A program made the translations under genes and the position numbers. Below are positions 20,201 through 32,118 of a DNA stretch of 64,000 nucleotides, in pieces; positions within the stretch are counted from its first letter, which is position 1; every line of letters starts with the position of its first letter. The notes under the pieces are model-generated. The model worked only from the letters and a program-made list of their open reading frames with translations. It made no database searches and had not been told where the DNA came from. Source of the stretch: Callorhinchus milii (taxonomy: Eukaryota); assembly GCF_018977255.1 (NCBI RefSeq), contig NW_024704767.1:1-64000 (forward strand), given 5' to 3'.

Positions 20201-22542
20201 CAAATCCTAACTTTGACCAACCAGGTTAGGCCATCCTTAAAAGTCGACCAGATTCACAGTAATGGACAAAGGGTTAGTGTTTACTGCAGTGATTGGATTG
20301 ACATTGAGATTGATGGAGTGTGCAATAGTAGCTTCCACTATTGATCATGATGTTCACACAAGTACTTATTTGATTGGCAAGGAAAAGCGGGATGACTGAG
20401 CCTCAAGGCTGGTGCACACACAGTGAGTGTTGGGATTTGCTGGTGGAGAAGTTATAAGAGGAAGTGGTGCCAGGGAGATTGGCAGGAACTCATGGCTGGC
20501 TCAACTTGGCTGCAGGGTCTGAAAACCTGCAGAAGGTTTGGACGCATTGAGTGGCTTAGATTGGCTCCAGAGTCTGCACATTACTGACTTAGATCTACTT
20601 AATGAACTGAACTCCCAGCTTCACTTCTGAAGCCAGTACAAAAGTGAAAGTGCACAGAACCTCCTTCAAGGCACATCTCAAGACAGTCCTCTTCAACCGT
20701 GCCTTCGGTCACCCTCCTACCCCTACTCTCTTTGCCCTCCACCACTCTTGATCCCAACCCCCTGCTCGGGTCCAAATCTCTGACTGTCCAGCACCTTGGG
20801 ACCCCCAACCGACTTGAAAGACGCTGTACAAATGTGAATAGTTGTTGTTGTTGTACCTGCACAGACTGTTCCTTTGCACATCCTGCCCTCCTCCACAGGT
20901 CCAAGACACTTCTGCTCCCATCTGCGACCCTGAGTAGAGCATGTCCTTCGTCGGTTCTGAACTCCAGTCTGGTTACAGGTCGCTGGGCATGAGCTCCATT
21001 CAGACCAATGGGACCAATAGCTCCGTGCCACAGTGGATGTGGCCCCTGAGGGAACAGTTTGGAATTTATTCCATTTCCAAATAATTACCAGCGATTCACT
21101 GGAATGTCAAAGTTATTGGCGCTCCATCCCCTGGCTTCTCCAACTCATCCATCATTCCTCTCCCAATGTTAATGTTTGGCATTAAGCCCGATGTGGGGCT
21201 TGAACCCACAACCTTCTGACTCAGAGGGGAGAGCGCTCGGACTGCACAAGGCTGACACACAGGCTTGGCAATTAATAATAAGTAAATCATCTACCTCAAT
21301 AAATTAAATGAATAAATTACCTAAGTAACGTGATTTACCTGGAGCAATATCATTTCATTAATCCAGTTACACAATTTATCTAAAAATATGATTAGGAATA
21401 AATACATTTAAAAACATTGCTTTCAAAGATGGTTGTTTATTATTGTTTTATATCGGACCTCAGACTGACACAGTACCTACCTTTTGGGCATTTGAATCGA
21501 ACAGCGTAATTGGAGCACAGTTTACCAGGACGCTGCTCCTTATTGATGCACCAGAAGCCATGCTGTGGGTCAGAGTGCACCACCTCTCTGGTGTTGGCGG
21601 CCGGCATCCAGTCTGCAGTCCGTGCCTCAAGTTCAGCCGGTCTCCGACACACTCTTTCCCGATAATAATGTCGGATTCCCTCGAGCCGTTCATAGTCTCC
21701 ACTACCACCGGGATGGTCTATATTGAACCAGGACGTCCATTCCCACTGAACTGAAGAGCGGAGAGGTTACCGTCAGCAGAGCCAAGAATTCACTGAGCGA
21801 CACAAACTTAAGAGATTGCTTGAGAGCCACGACCTGCTCCCGAGGACACTGCCAACTGTACAGCCAACTGCTGGAAATGCAAGAGGCTTGAACGTCCAAA
21901 GCACAACTGACCTCCTGATCAATGATGTGCTGTGTATCTATCATATCTATTTTGGTAGGCTAGTGCGAAATTAAAATATCACACCAATTTATGAAATAAT
22001 AATACTGTAACAATAATAGTTGCATTTGGTACAGCGCCTTATCACGTCGTAGAGACATCTCAAAGCTCTTCACAGAACATATTGTAAAGTGGATTGACTG
22101 TGTATTTTCTGGGCGAAACGCGATAGCAATAGCCAAGTGCGCACGGCAATATCCCACAAACAGTCGTGGATTGAGTAAAGTAAGTAAAGTTTTTTTTTAC
22201 TTACAATATTGAGGAAGTTTTTTGTATTAACCGACTGACCTTATTATTGCATATTAAACATCAACATACACATGTATTTGTGTTTACAGTTTACCTGATG
22301 GTGAAATAACAGATTAACATTGGGGAAACGGTATTACTTTATTCAGGTGAACTATAACTGAAGACTGCGTGTATCGGGTTTCATACTGCGTTGTCTCCTG
22401 AAACCGCTAAACTTTCAAATCAGAAATCAAGAGTCACCACAGGTCACAGGAGTGTGTGTGACCCTGCTACATACTGACCTTTTGATGTCCCGCAAACGAC
22501 TTGGAAGAAGAGAAAAAGAACCGTAGCCTTCGCTGTAGTCAT
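14205..22542 (-). CDS. CILP: Cartilage intermediate layer protein 1 (signal peptide, WxxW, TSP1, Ig, furin site, C-terminal region); one homopolymer insertion in the last exon
   Basis: Exons 22479-22542 (MTTAKATVLFLFFQVVCGTSK), 21481-21750 (WTSWFNIDHPGGSGDYERL), 20857-21045 (TSP1 WSHWSEWSSC), 19072-19386, 18406-18514, 17746-17903, 14205-16544 (SQRRGKREERTFLVGNMEIRERRLFNLDVPE ... PLDPLGHNYGIYTVTDQDP). Adjacent to PARP16 as in human, which favours CILP over CILP2. Confidence 0.93.
16601..16862 (+). mobile_element. tRNA-derived Deu-domain SINE (head plus partial body)
   Basis: GGAGTCCCATAGTGTAGTGG...GGGTTCAATTCCC head followed by TGTTTGTGGGACA core. Confidence 0.75.
18620..18877 (-). mobile_element. 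tRNA-derived Deu-domain SINE
   Basis: Family blocks GTAAGGAAACTTGCC and CTCTAACCACTAAGCTATGGGACTCC. Confidence 0.75.
20660..20854 (+). mobile_element. L2 LINE 3'-end fragment with TTG tail abutting a CILP splice donor
   Basis: Resembles the 3' end of the element at 5309-6391: CAGCACCTTGGGAC..CCGACTTGAAAGACGCTGTACAAATG..GTTGTTGTTG. Confidence 0.75.
21187..21258 (-). mobile_element. tRNA-like head of a second SINE family (shark-type)
   Basis: Minus strand GTGTCAGCC..GCGCTCTCCCCTCTGAGTCAGAAGGTTGTGGGTTCAAGCCCCAC with a B-box. Confidence 0.6.
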
Positions 22543-23185
22543 TGTGGTTTCTCCGCAAACTGGAGATTGTCTTCTGAAATCCTTCTTGACCCGTCAGCAG
22601 GTTCCTATTAAGCAACGCGTCTTATTACCATCCACAGTTTGCCACAGATCATTGCTGACAACTTGCGATCAACTCATCCCAAGTATGAAAGACAAGTTAT
22701 CTTACCACTATTTGGACAGACGTTGCTTAGCTTTCCATAACCAGTTTCTAAACGCTTTTCGAGGTCGCCATACAGTATGTACCCACTTTAAAGGGTGCAA
22801 AACGTCTGACAAAACAGGTGTAGCTCTTCCACCAAAGGTCTAACCTCTTGGCAGCTTTTATCTCTGAGCAAATTCCCTTTGCACCGTGTGACTGGAAACT
22901 GAAGCTGATCCCAGCGCTGCCTCTGAAGGCAGAGAGAGAGGTCCCAACTTCACCTTCACCTTCACCTTCACTCAGACTGACTCCCGACATCAAATTGCAC
23001 AGAACCCGATCAGCAGCTGCTGTGTCTACACCCTGAGCTCTGGACTGGAGCTGAGACTTGGAGTGAAACCCCTACTTCCAAACCAGGAGCCTCCGCCGCC
23101 TCCTCCCTGGTCCTCGGGAGCAGATCCCCAACCGCTCAGCTCCTGTTAGCGCAGTGCGCTCTTCCTCTCCTTCAGTCCTGAGCGA

Positions 23186-23192
23186 TTATATA
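23186..23192 (-). promoter_or_regulatory. Candidate TATA box of CILP
   Basis: Minus-strand CCCCTATATAATCG about 650 nt upstream of the CILP ATG, followed by a GC-rich leader-like segment and preceded by a GC box. Confidence 0.5.
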
Positions 23193-23273
23193 GGGGTCTG
23201 GGACCCCCCCCCCCACCCCCTGACACAGGGATGGGCTCATGTCCCGCCCCAAAGCAATACTCCCCCCCACACC

Positions 23274-23304
<31 letters not shown>

Positions 23305-23842
23305 ACACACAGCACTGAAACCACAGGAGTCAATACATCGACTATTAACAGGAATCAAAGAGCCCGAGTCACAGCAACAGTCGGTCTCCAGATGGAAACT
23401 TAATACAACCAAATACTACACACACACACCACACACACACACCACAAGGAGTACAGCTGAAGAACACATTTGACTTATGCATTAAGATGAATTAATTGAC
23501 TAATAGCGCTCGCTGTAGGGCGGTGGCGGTGGCGGTGGCGGTGGCGGTGATGGGGGGGGGCGGCGCGAAATTGTGTGTGGAATCGAATGGGGGGGTCACT
23601 AAGAGTTGTAAGGAGACAAGCTGGGGAATAACGAGAGGGTTCGGTCGAGAATATGGGTTAAATGTCGACTGGCGGAAACGCGTCGAGAATAGGAGCCACG
23701 TACCGTACAGGTGTTCAATTTGGTGGTGGTGGTGGTGGGGGGGGGTGGGGGGGACAGAAAAATATTTGATTTGATTTAAACCTAGTTTTGAACTTCTACA
23801 CAGTGAGGCAGTCTTCAGTGTGGTTCCCCTAACCCCTGACTA

Positions 23843-24064
23843 TAATAATATAATAATAATAATCCTTGCATTTGATATAGCGCTTCTTCACAGAATATAC
23901 TGTAAAGTGAATTGACTGTATATTTGTGGGCGAACGCGGCAGCCAATTGCGCACAGCAATGTCCCACAAACAGTCGTGGATTGAAAATGACCAATTTATT
24001 ATTGTTTTTGGTTTTGGAGGGATTATTATTAGGCTCTGTGTGGAGTAAGGAAACTTGCCCAAGG
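23843..24064 (-). mobile_element. Deu-domain SINE (short subfamily)
   Basis: (TAA)n tail plus GGCAGCCAATTGCGCACAGCAATGTCCCACAAACAG core. Confidence 0.85.
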
Positions 24065-25739
24065 TCTGGTCAGCTAGAAGACTAGTCATCTGGGTTTATC
24101 CTACGGCCTCTGAACCTATGTCCTCACTATTCCCTGAAGTTTTTAGGGTCTTGACCCAGAAATCGATCGATTCTCTGGATGGTCGGAGTTAAATCCTATT
24201 GTGCTGTGGCTCTCCTGGAGGTTGAAAGGCTAAACCTTGCTGGGATGAGCCATTGAACTCGAATGTTGCCATCATAGAAATGACAGCTGGGCAACTGGAC
24301 AGCTGGGGAGCAACAAATTGTCCAGAGATGCGTTCGGATGAAAATGTTAGACCAAAGGACCTGTTCAGACGGACATTAAAAGTCCAATTGCACTATTCCA
24401 ACAGGGAAGGGCCTTTCTCCCAGTGTCCTGGCCAACAATCCGCCAGAAAAAAAATGGTCATTCGCTTTTTCAGCAGCTTGGGACAACTGATATCAATCTC
24501 CCTGCTGGCTATGGGTTCTGTAGTCCTGATATGTAATAGCTTATTTTTACTGAAATTCTTCCTACACGTCAGATGTAAACTGTTCCTTGGGAAATCAGAG
24601 GTTTCCTCTTGTCTTACATAAATATTTTACAGAGCTATGTATGAGCAGTGTTGGTGCCACGGCAGAACACAATGATCAGAGTAATGCCAACAGCTCACTG
24701 AGCGCTTTGTTTTCATTACTTAGTCGTTTGGAGGCAGTCGCTAGGGTTACCGTCCTCACCGTTCTTTCAGCATCTATCCACGGTTTTCCATGTCTCGAGC
24801 AACAAAACAACCCCCAGGACAGTCTGCAGGTCCAAACGTTCCAGATGTGTGCTTCTTTCTAAAGCCATAACAGCATGCTGGACAGAAAACAATGCTCATA
24901 GGCCAAGGGTTAACCATCTCATACTATGATTGTCCAGAATGTTTCCTAACAAACCAAACCGTAAGTACTTAACTGTGGTTATGAAAGAACAGCTGTGTGA
25001 CGATTACTTTAGCCACGTTCCAAAAGCGGTGTTCATTGTTTAGAAAGGGTGATTAGTAGGTTTTATGTTACATTTATGGACATTCATGGACAGAGGTATC
25101 ATTTTTTTAACACAAAATGCACAATTTTTGGAGCCCCCTCCCATGGTGAAATAGAAGTGATTTCACCGTGAGTTATTTTTTCAGAACATTAAGAGGCAAT
25201 AACACAAAAAAAAGCAATTTGTACTCATACAGTGACCTTCACAAAAGAAGCACATCTCAACATGTTATACAAAGACTGAGCAGAGACTGCTTTAGAGTCA
25301 AGTATACAAGATTTTAAAAGGGATTGAGAAATTAATAATAATAATCATAACAATAACAATCCTTGCATTTGATTACAGCGCCTTATCACGTGGTTGAGAC
25401 GTCTCAAAGCGCTTCACAGAATACACTATAAAGCGAATTGTCTGTGTATCTGGTGGGTGAAACGCGGTTCACTAATACTCTCAGATACCCCAAGGCGGCA
25501 GAATAAGAGGGCACAAGCACAGGGTTGCAAATGGCAATTTCGTATCAGACACCGAGTGTTCCCTTAACCAGATGTTAATTAACGACTTAACATTTCACGT
25601 GGACTCAGCACCATACAATCAAGATTTAACATGGGATCACCCTTGATCTTAGTTAAGTTAAGATTCTTGACTCCCTCCCTTCTCTTTTCTCTAATTGTGA
25701 ACTTTTCATAACACACTTTCGACCTCGTATCAAAAAAAT

Positions 25740-25922
25740 TCAGTCACTCAATCCGCGACGTGGGACACTGTTTGCGGGACACTGCTATGCGCAATTGGCT
25801 GCCGCGTTTCGCCCACAAAATATGCAGTCCATTCATTTTATAGTATATTCTGTGAAGTGCTTTGAGACATCTCGAAGACATGATAAGGCACTATATCAAA
25901 TGCAAGGTTTATTATTATTATT
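25740..25922 (+). mobile_element. Deu-domain SINE, 3' half
   Basis: GCGCAATTGGCTGCCGCGTTTCGCCCAC core and CAAATGCAAGG(TTA)n tail. Confidence 0.8.
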
Positions 25923-26469
25923 AACTCTCCCCCACGCAAAAAAATACTCAGTCTTCAAATATAGCCAAAGCGCCTCATCTACAAAGTTACAAATAACCAC
26001 ACCACAGGGAAGATTAACAACTTGTCATGGGATGATGTGGAGAGTTGGATGAGGAGAAATTCTTTTAAAGGACACAATTATTATAAACTTGGAAACCTGA
26101 AGCTAGATGCATTTTAAAGAGTAACCACAGCAAACGTATAGTCTAGACTGTCACAGTCCAGTGAAGTTTCCTCTTAAAGACACTATAAAAATATGATTTG
26201 TTGTTATATGTGGACTTGGATGAAAAATGTAACCGAAATCAATGGAAAACTGAGCGATGCAAATTTGATGCCAAGGCAGCAATTAGCTACAAAAGATCTG
26301 AGATGGTTCTGATAATGGCCCTAAGCAAGGGGGCAAGTTAGCTGGTCCAAGTAGTCTTTTCTCATCCAACCTTCAGAACTACATTCTGGTCAACCCGACT
26401 GGGTCTCTGCCGTTATTGCTCTTGAACCAGTCGCTGAAATGCATGTACAGAACAAGCTGCGTGAGATCA

Positions 26470-26665
26470 GGCATTCGTGGTGTGGATTAGGTAAGCAGGA
26501 TGCATCCCTCCAAGGAGACAGTGTCGATTCCATTCCGACAATCTATCTTTGAAATTTCCACGTGTAGGTGGGATGCATGGAATTCTCGGTTTGGTTTGGA
26601 TACTCCTAAGCAATGGTGATGGGTGTCCGCATGCATCAGACACCATGCCGACCTCAAAATAAAAT
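26470..26665 (-). mobile_element. Unclassified ~250-bp dispersed repeat, copy 2
   Basis: AATTTCCACGTGTAGGTGGGATGCATGGAATTCTC is identical to copy 1. Confidence 0.7.
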
Positions 26666-27091
26666 TGTGGGGAGGAATGGTGGAGGAACAAAGATAATTT
26701 TGGTCACGGCTTGAGTTCAGCGGTAGTCTGAGTCAGTTTATCCTCAGAGGCTAATTGGCACAAACAGCCCCAATGATGACCACTTTTATGGATTACATGC
26801 TCTGTGCGTGTCTGACAAATGAAGTGTTTTCTGCAAATTACATTTGTTTTGTTTGGCTGTGTTGGCATCCTTGCTAGATAACAATAAAAATAAATTGGAG
26901 AATGCAGTTGTTCAGTGTCTGTTTAGCATCGAAATAGTCCAATTTTACCAACTCACAAATCAAGGAGTTTTGCGAATACTACTGGCGGCTGCAAATAATG
27001 ACTCCCTCCACCCTCCCTTTCAAACTAGGTTATGTAATCTGAAGGCTTAATGTACTACATGATTTAAACTTTGTGTTTACATGAATTATCA

Positions 27092-27410
27092 TTATAATAA
27101 TTATCCTTGATTTGATAAAGCACCTTATCACGTCGCTGAGATGTCTCAAAGCACTTCACAGAATATATTGTAAAGTGGATTGACTGTGTATTTTGTGGGC
27201 GAAACGCGGCAGCCAATTGCGCACAGCAATGTCCCACAAACATTCATGGATTGAGTGACCAAATTCTTCTTTTTTGGAAGGATTGTTTGCCCCAGAAGGC
27301 GATCTGCCAATCGACTAACAACCGGATTCCCACTTACTGCTAAGTAAACAGAGGCGTGTGGATTAAGGAAACTTGCCTTAAGATTTCACCCCACCCAGGA
27401 ATTGAATTAG
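27092..27410 (-). mobile_element. Deu-domain SINE (long subfamily)
   Basis: Tail, Deu core, CTTACTGCTAAGTAAACAGAGGCGTGTGG block and partial head. Confidence 0.85.
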
Positions 27411-28311
27411 GGTCAACAACAACAACAAGAAATTACACTTGTATAGTGCCCTTTACATCGGAAAGATGTCCCAGGGCGCTGGACAATCATGGGTCCTCTC
27501 GCTTGTGGCCAGAGTCCGCTGAGGAAAACCGTTTGCTATACACTACAGGAAGGATTGTGACTGAAGTTTGAACTGGACCAGACTGTTTTAACAATGACTA
27601 AAAAGATAAGTCATCCCGCAGCCCAAGAATAGATGCTGAATGACCCGTGGAGCCGGCTAGCAATGGCGATTGAGACATATTCCTGTGAGGCTTGTGGGCC
27701 AGATGGCAGAAGAATTAGGGATGATGTTTTCACTATGAGTGGGAAGCAGCCTTTCCATTACATAGGAAAACAGGGATTTTTTTTCCCCTAATAAAAGAGT
27801 TTCACTCCATCCAAGTTCCATTATAACATGTAAATGGCAGGATTATTGATTGTATACTGGGTTCACAGTGCTGGAGTCTGGCCTTGGCCAAGACTGACAT
27901 AGATGAGGTAGACAAGAGAGAGCCAACTGGAAACTCTTTCCCGCTGGGGGTCAAGAAATATGAAGTGGAATGAGTTGCACCTCTCAGTATTGAGACAACT
28001 TGTGCTTTCGTCACCTGTGGGAGCAGGTGACAAATGATGTGAAACAGAGTACCAAATCCCTGGGATAACATTAAAAGGAGACGGGCTGAGATCTTGGCTC
28101 AGGATTTCTGACATATAATAATTTCTGAACTGGGTTTTATTTTGTTTTTAATTCCAGAGCACCTCGGCACAAAGTGAGAGCTTGTTCGGTTCTATATGGC
28201 GTTTCACTCTTGTAGAACAAGAAAACTCATCTGACCACTTGGTCACTCTCATTTGACATATAAAACGTAATAGCAAACATAAGCGTTGCCTGGATGAATG
28301 GGTTACCAAAC

Positions 28312-28580
28312 AAATAATAATAATAATAATATAATAATAATCTTTGCATTTGATATAGCGCTTTTCACGTCTTCGAGACGTCTCAAAGCGCTTCACAGAA
28401 TAGACTGTAAAGTGAATTGACTGTATATTTGTTGGCGAAACGCGGCAGCCAATTGTGCACCGCAGTGTCCCACAAACAGTTGTAGATTGAAGTGATCAAA
28501 TTATTATTGGGTTTTTTTCTTGAGGATTATTATTAGACGTGCGGAGTAAGGAAACTTGCCCAAAGTTTCGCCCTGCCGGG
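28312..28580 (-). mobile_element. Deu-domain SINE (short subfamily)
   Basis: Tail, Deu core and GTAAGGAAACTTGCCC block. Confidence 0.85.
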
Positions 28581-30121
28581 AAGGGATAGATGAACCAGTT
28601 TCCTCTTTTACATAAGGATTAGACTCTTGGAGATCGATCGCGGCAGCTTGTATAGCATGGGGTGAGTGGGCGCTATATTGTGTCACTTTTGAACCAGTCG
28701 GTATTTGTTCTTACCATTGGATCAATGGTTGTGGATTCAAGTGCCATGTCAAGCTGTGGCTCCAGCATTGGAATAATATAAATAATAATGAAAATAGTGA
28801 AAATATGGACTACAGAACCCACAGCTTTGACGTAATGTCTGCTTCGAATCAATACAGATTTCTGGCACCATTATGCTGAACCGTGGGCTTTCTTTAATCT
28901 TCGGAAACATAATTATCTGTGGGTCTGGCTTTAATTTTCTCTTCGTTAGAAGGTTGCACCCACCTCTTTCCAGTCTTGCTTTGTGAGGAATAGAAAATTA
29001 AAACTTCCGACCCTGAAATAGCAACAAAGCTCACCGGATTTGCACCTCCGCATTTTGTTTGACTGACGCATTTCTGCACCAGGCACCTGTCTTTGAACAG
29101 CCTCCACCACACTCCGTAACAAGATCTCAGTTTCAACGAAAACATTTCCACATTCAAGATAACGAGAGGAATATAAACTCCAGAAAAGTACAGCGCATGC
29201 ATTGTGATGTTAAGCTAACGTTTTAATAAAGCAACCCAGACTTTTAGGCCATTTTATTTCGGTCAGCCGGGTGTTTGACACATGGTCAGCTTGGTGTCTT
29301 GTCCGGTAGCCCCTTCCCGTAGTTCACAAGAGTGTGATCCCATTGACTACCCTGGCCAGTGCTGCAGTGCAGGAGATGAGCTAATGTCTGCGGCTGATGT
29401 TCCACTCGCTACAACAATAATAATAACCCTTGCATTTTTACAATGCTGATATGGCCATTGCCATCCCAAACATTTCCCCTCTTCTGTTTTTGGCGTTAAT
29501 GATGTTATTACAGGGTGACACACAACCTGACAGTCTCTCTCCCTACTCATCATCATTTATGAGGATTCCAATCTTCTCACCCTGCTATACTCCTGCACAG
29601 ATCAGCACTGCCAGATGGAGCCCTGGAATCATGCCGTCACACTCAGGCATCAAACCACAAAGGATTTGGTGTCTGCAAGTGGGATGTTTTTGTTAGGCTG
29701 CACAATAATGAAAGTCTGGAAGATGCTCTGACCCTTACTGAGGTCTCGACCATCTCCTCGTCACCCTCGCTTTCCTTCTAGGAATGACTGAGGAATTGGG
29801 AAAAGGAAGACTCATCTGTTCAAACAATTGGGGGAAAATGCTCATTCATTAGCTTTGGATTGTGTATGGACTGAGAGTGTATTTAAAACAATATTATACC
29901 ACAAACCTAGAGAAACAAACAACAACAAAAAACAATACAAAGAGAGAGAGAGAGAAAGATGAAATGAGAGTACATAGGGGGAAGGCTGTAATGAGACCAG
30001 CTCTTAATGGTGTAATAATTACAGCTGCAAGTTGATGTTGGGTTCAGAACAATTGGTCAATCTCTTTGGAGAAGACCTTAATCTAAAATTAATAAATTGT
30101 CTATCTTAATTTTAAAAACAA

Positions 30122-30301
30122 TGGTAACTCAATTCATGACTGTTCCTGGAACACTGCTGTGCGCAATTGGCTGCCGCATTTCGCCCACATAATACAAAGT
30201 CAATTCACTTTACAGTGTATTCTGCGAAGTGCTTTGAGATGTCTCAACAATGCAGTAAGGCGCTATGTCAAATGCAAGGATTATTATTTATTACTATTAT
30301 T
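30122..30301 (+). mobile_element. Deu-domain SINE, 3' half
   Basis: Deu core plus (TTA)n tail. Confidence 0.8.
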
Positions 30302-31789
30302 AATCTCCATAGCAATCCCTTTGAAGAAGATCTTAATCTCCATTCTTCGAAGCCCTGGTCAATCCAGCACTCATGGTCACACAGACCTCAACGCCCTGCA
30401 CTTTTCTACAGTTCGGTTCCACAGACACCCACGTCCGTCTGAGGCAGGCTGTCTGAAGCTGCTGGAACAGTCTTACTCCTCACGCAGCTGAGGATGTTTA
30501 CAATAATACACTACCTCTAATGCACATAACATCTGCCTATTAATCACACTGCAGCTACAAAGGGATTTGTGAAGCTTTACAGTGTCTGTGTGTCTACCGT
30601 ACAAAACAGCTTTACAGTTAGTTGAGTTTGGTAGCTTCAGTGCATTTATCTCCCTTCTTGGTCTGATGTTTAATGTGAGTTGAGTGATAGGCAGCTGGGA
30701 GAGATTAGTGCTTTACTGAGAGTTGATGCATTTCTGATTCTGCCTCGCCTGTTTCTCTGAAGTTTCTCCCACTGCTACTTTAGTAGACAATGCAAAGATT
30801 TACCATGTGCGTTCAACTCCCAGCTTCTGTCTCTGAACCGGGGCGTTTAACTCAAGGAGAGTGGTAATAATAATACTTGCGTTTGATATATCGCCTTGTC
30901 ACGTCATTGAGACGTCTCACAGCTCTTCACAGTATTGTAAAATGGATTGACTATATCTAGCAATGCTTTCATTTGATGCAGCGCCTTACCACGCTGTAAC
31001 TTCGAGAAGCACTTCCCAGGTAATTGCTACTAAGTATAGCATCTGCGATTTGGTAGTCAACTCACTTTACATTATCTTCCGTGAAGAGCTTTGAGACATC
31101 TCAACAACGTGATAAGGCGATACATCAAATGCAAGGATTATTATTATTGTTATTCTGAGACCTCTAAGTTTGGGTAACCCCACAGTGCATGTGTAGGAAG
31201 CACTCAAGGAAACCCAACTCAGCTGACGAAGGAGCTTTAACTGCAGAAAATCAAAGTATCCACTTCCTTTGTCAGTTTTCCTACTCCTGTTACAAACTGC
31301 AGGTCGCTGGGAGCAGAGCAAAGTGATGAGGGTATTTAAACAGTAGGACAGGCTGTGTGTTCTCTGTGGTGGTGTAGAATCGGCGTAGAGCTAGAGCTAT
31401 TTTTAGGTTTATGGGGTTATATTAAACTGTCTGATGCTGTCTGAAGTGTTTGTTATAGAACAGGTTAACAGGGATATCCTGCACATGTAGCCTGGCTTTC
31501 AGAAACCCCATTGAACTGGACTGGAACCTGATACATTGGACATTACTTAATGTGTGGCTTTATGCCCTTCTACTTTCCCATTACATGGATAAAACTGTCT
31601 TTGTTCATTGGACACACCACTGCTGTCCATTAGGATCGTTAAATAGTGCTAGACCTCAGATTCCTTGTATCAATTCACAACTGTTGTCAAGGCCTCATAA
31701 AAAGTGAAGTTATTGCTCATAAATCCCCATTTTGTTTGCTTTCTTCAGCGAGTGGTGTATGGAATGAGCTTCGTGTGTGATTTTCTCAA

Positions 31790-32118
31790 ACCTCACCAGC
31801 CTGCCCGCTCCCTCCGCTGGCCTGCTCCATGTTTCCCACCCTGCTTGCTCCACCATTAGCGGTCAGGCCTTTAGACCTTCTGCATCCACCCTCTGGAACT
31901 CTATCCCGGTATCCCTTCGCCTCGCTCCTTCCTTCGCCACTTTCAAGTTCCATTCGAAGACCTTTCCTCTTTGACCGTGCCTTTCCCACCCCCTTCGACC
32001 CTACCCTCTTGCATCCAATCTCCAGCTCAAGTGCAAACCCTTGACTGTTCAGCGCCTTGGGACATATTCCCAACATGAAAGGAGCTTTATAAATGCAATT
32101 TGTTGTTTGTTGTTGTTA
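31790..32118 (+). mobile_element. L2 LINE 3'-end fragment
   Basis: Translates TISGQAFRPSASTLWNSIP (compare TIGGRAFSLSAPRLWNSIP near 5550-5600); ends CAGCGCCTTGGGACAT..TGAAAGG..ATAAATGCAATTTGTTGTT. Confidence 0.8.
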
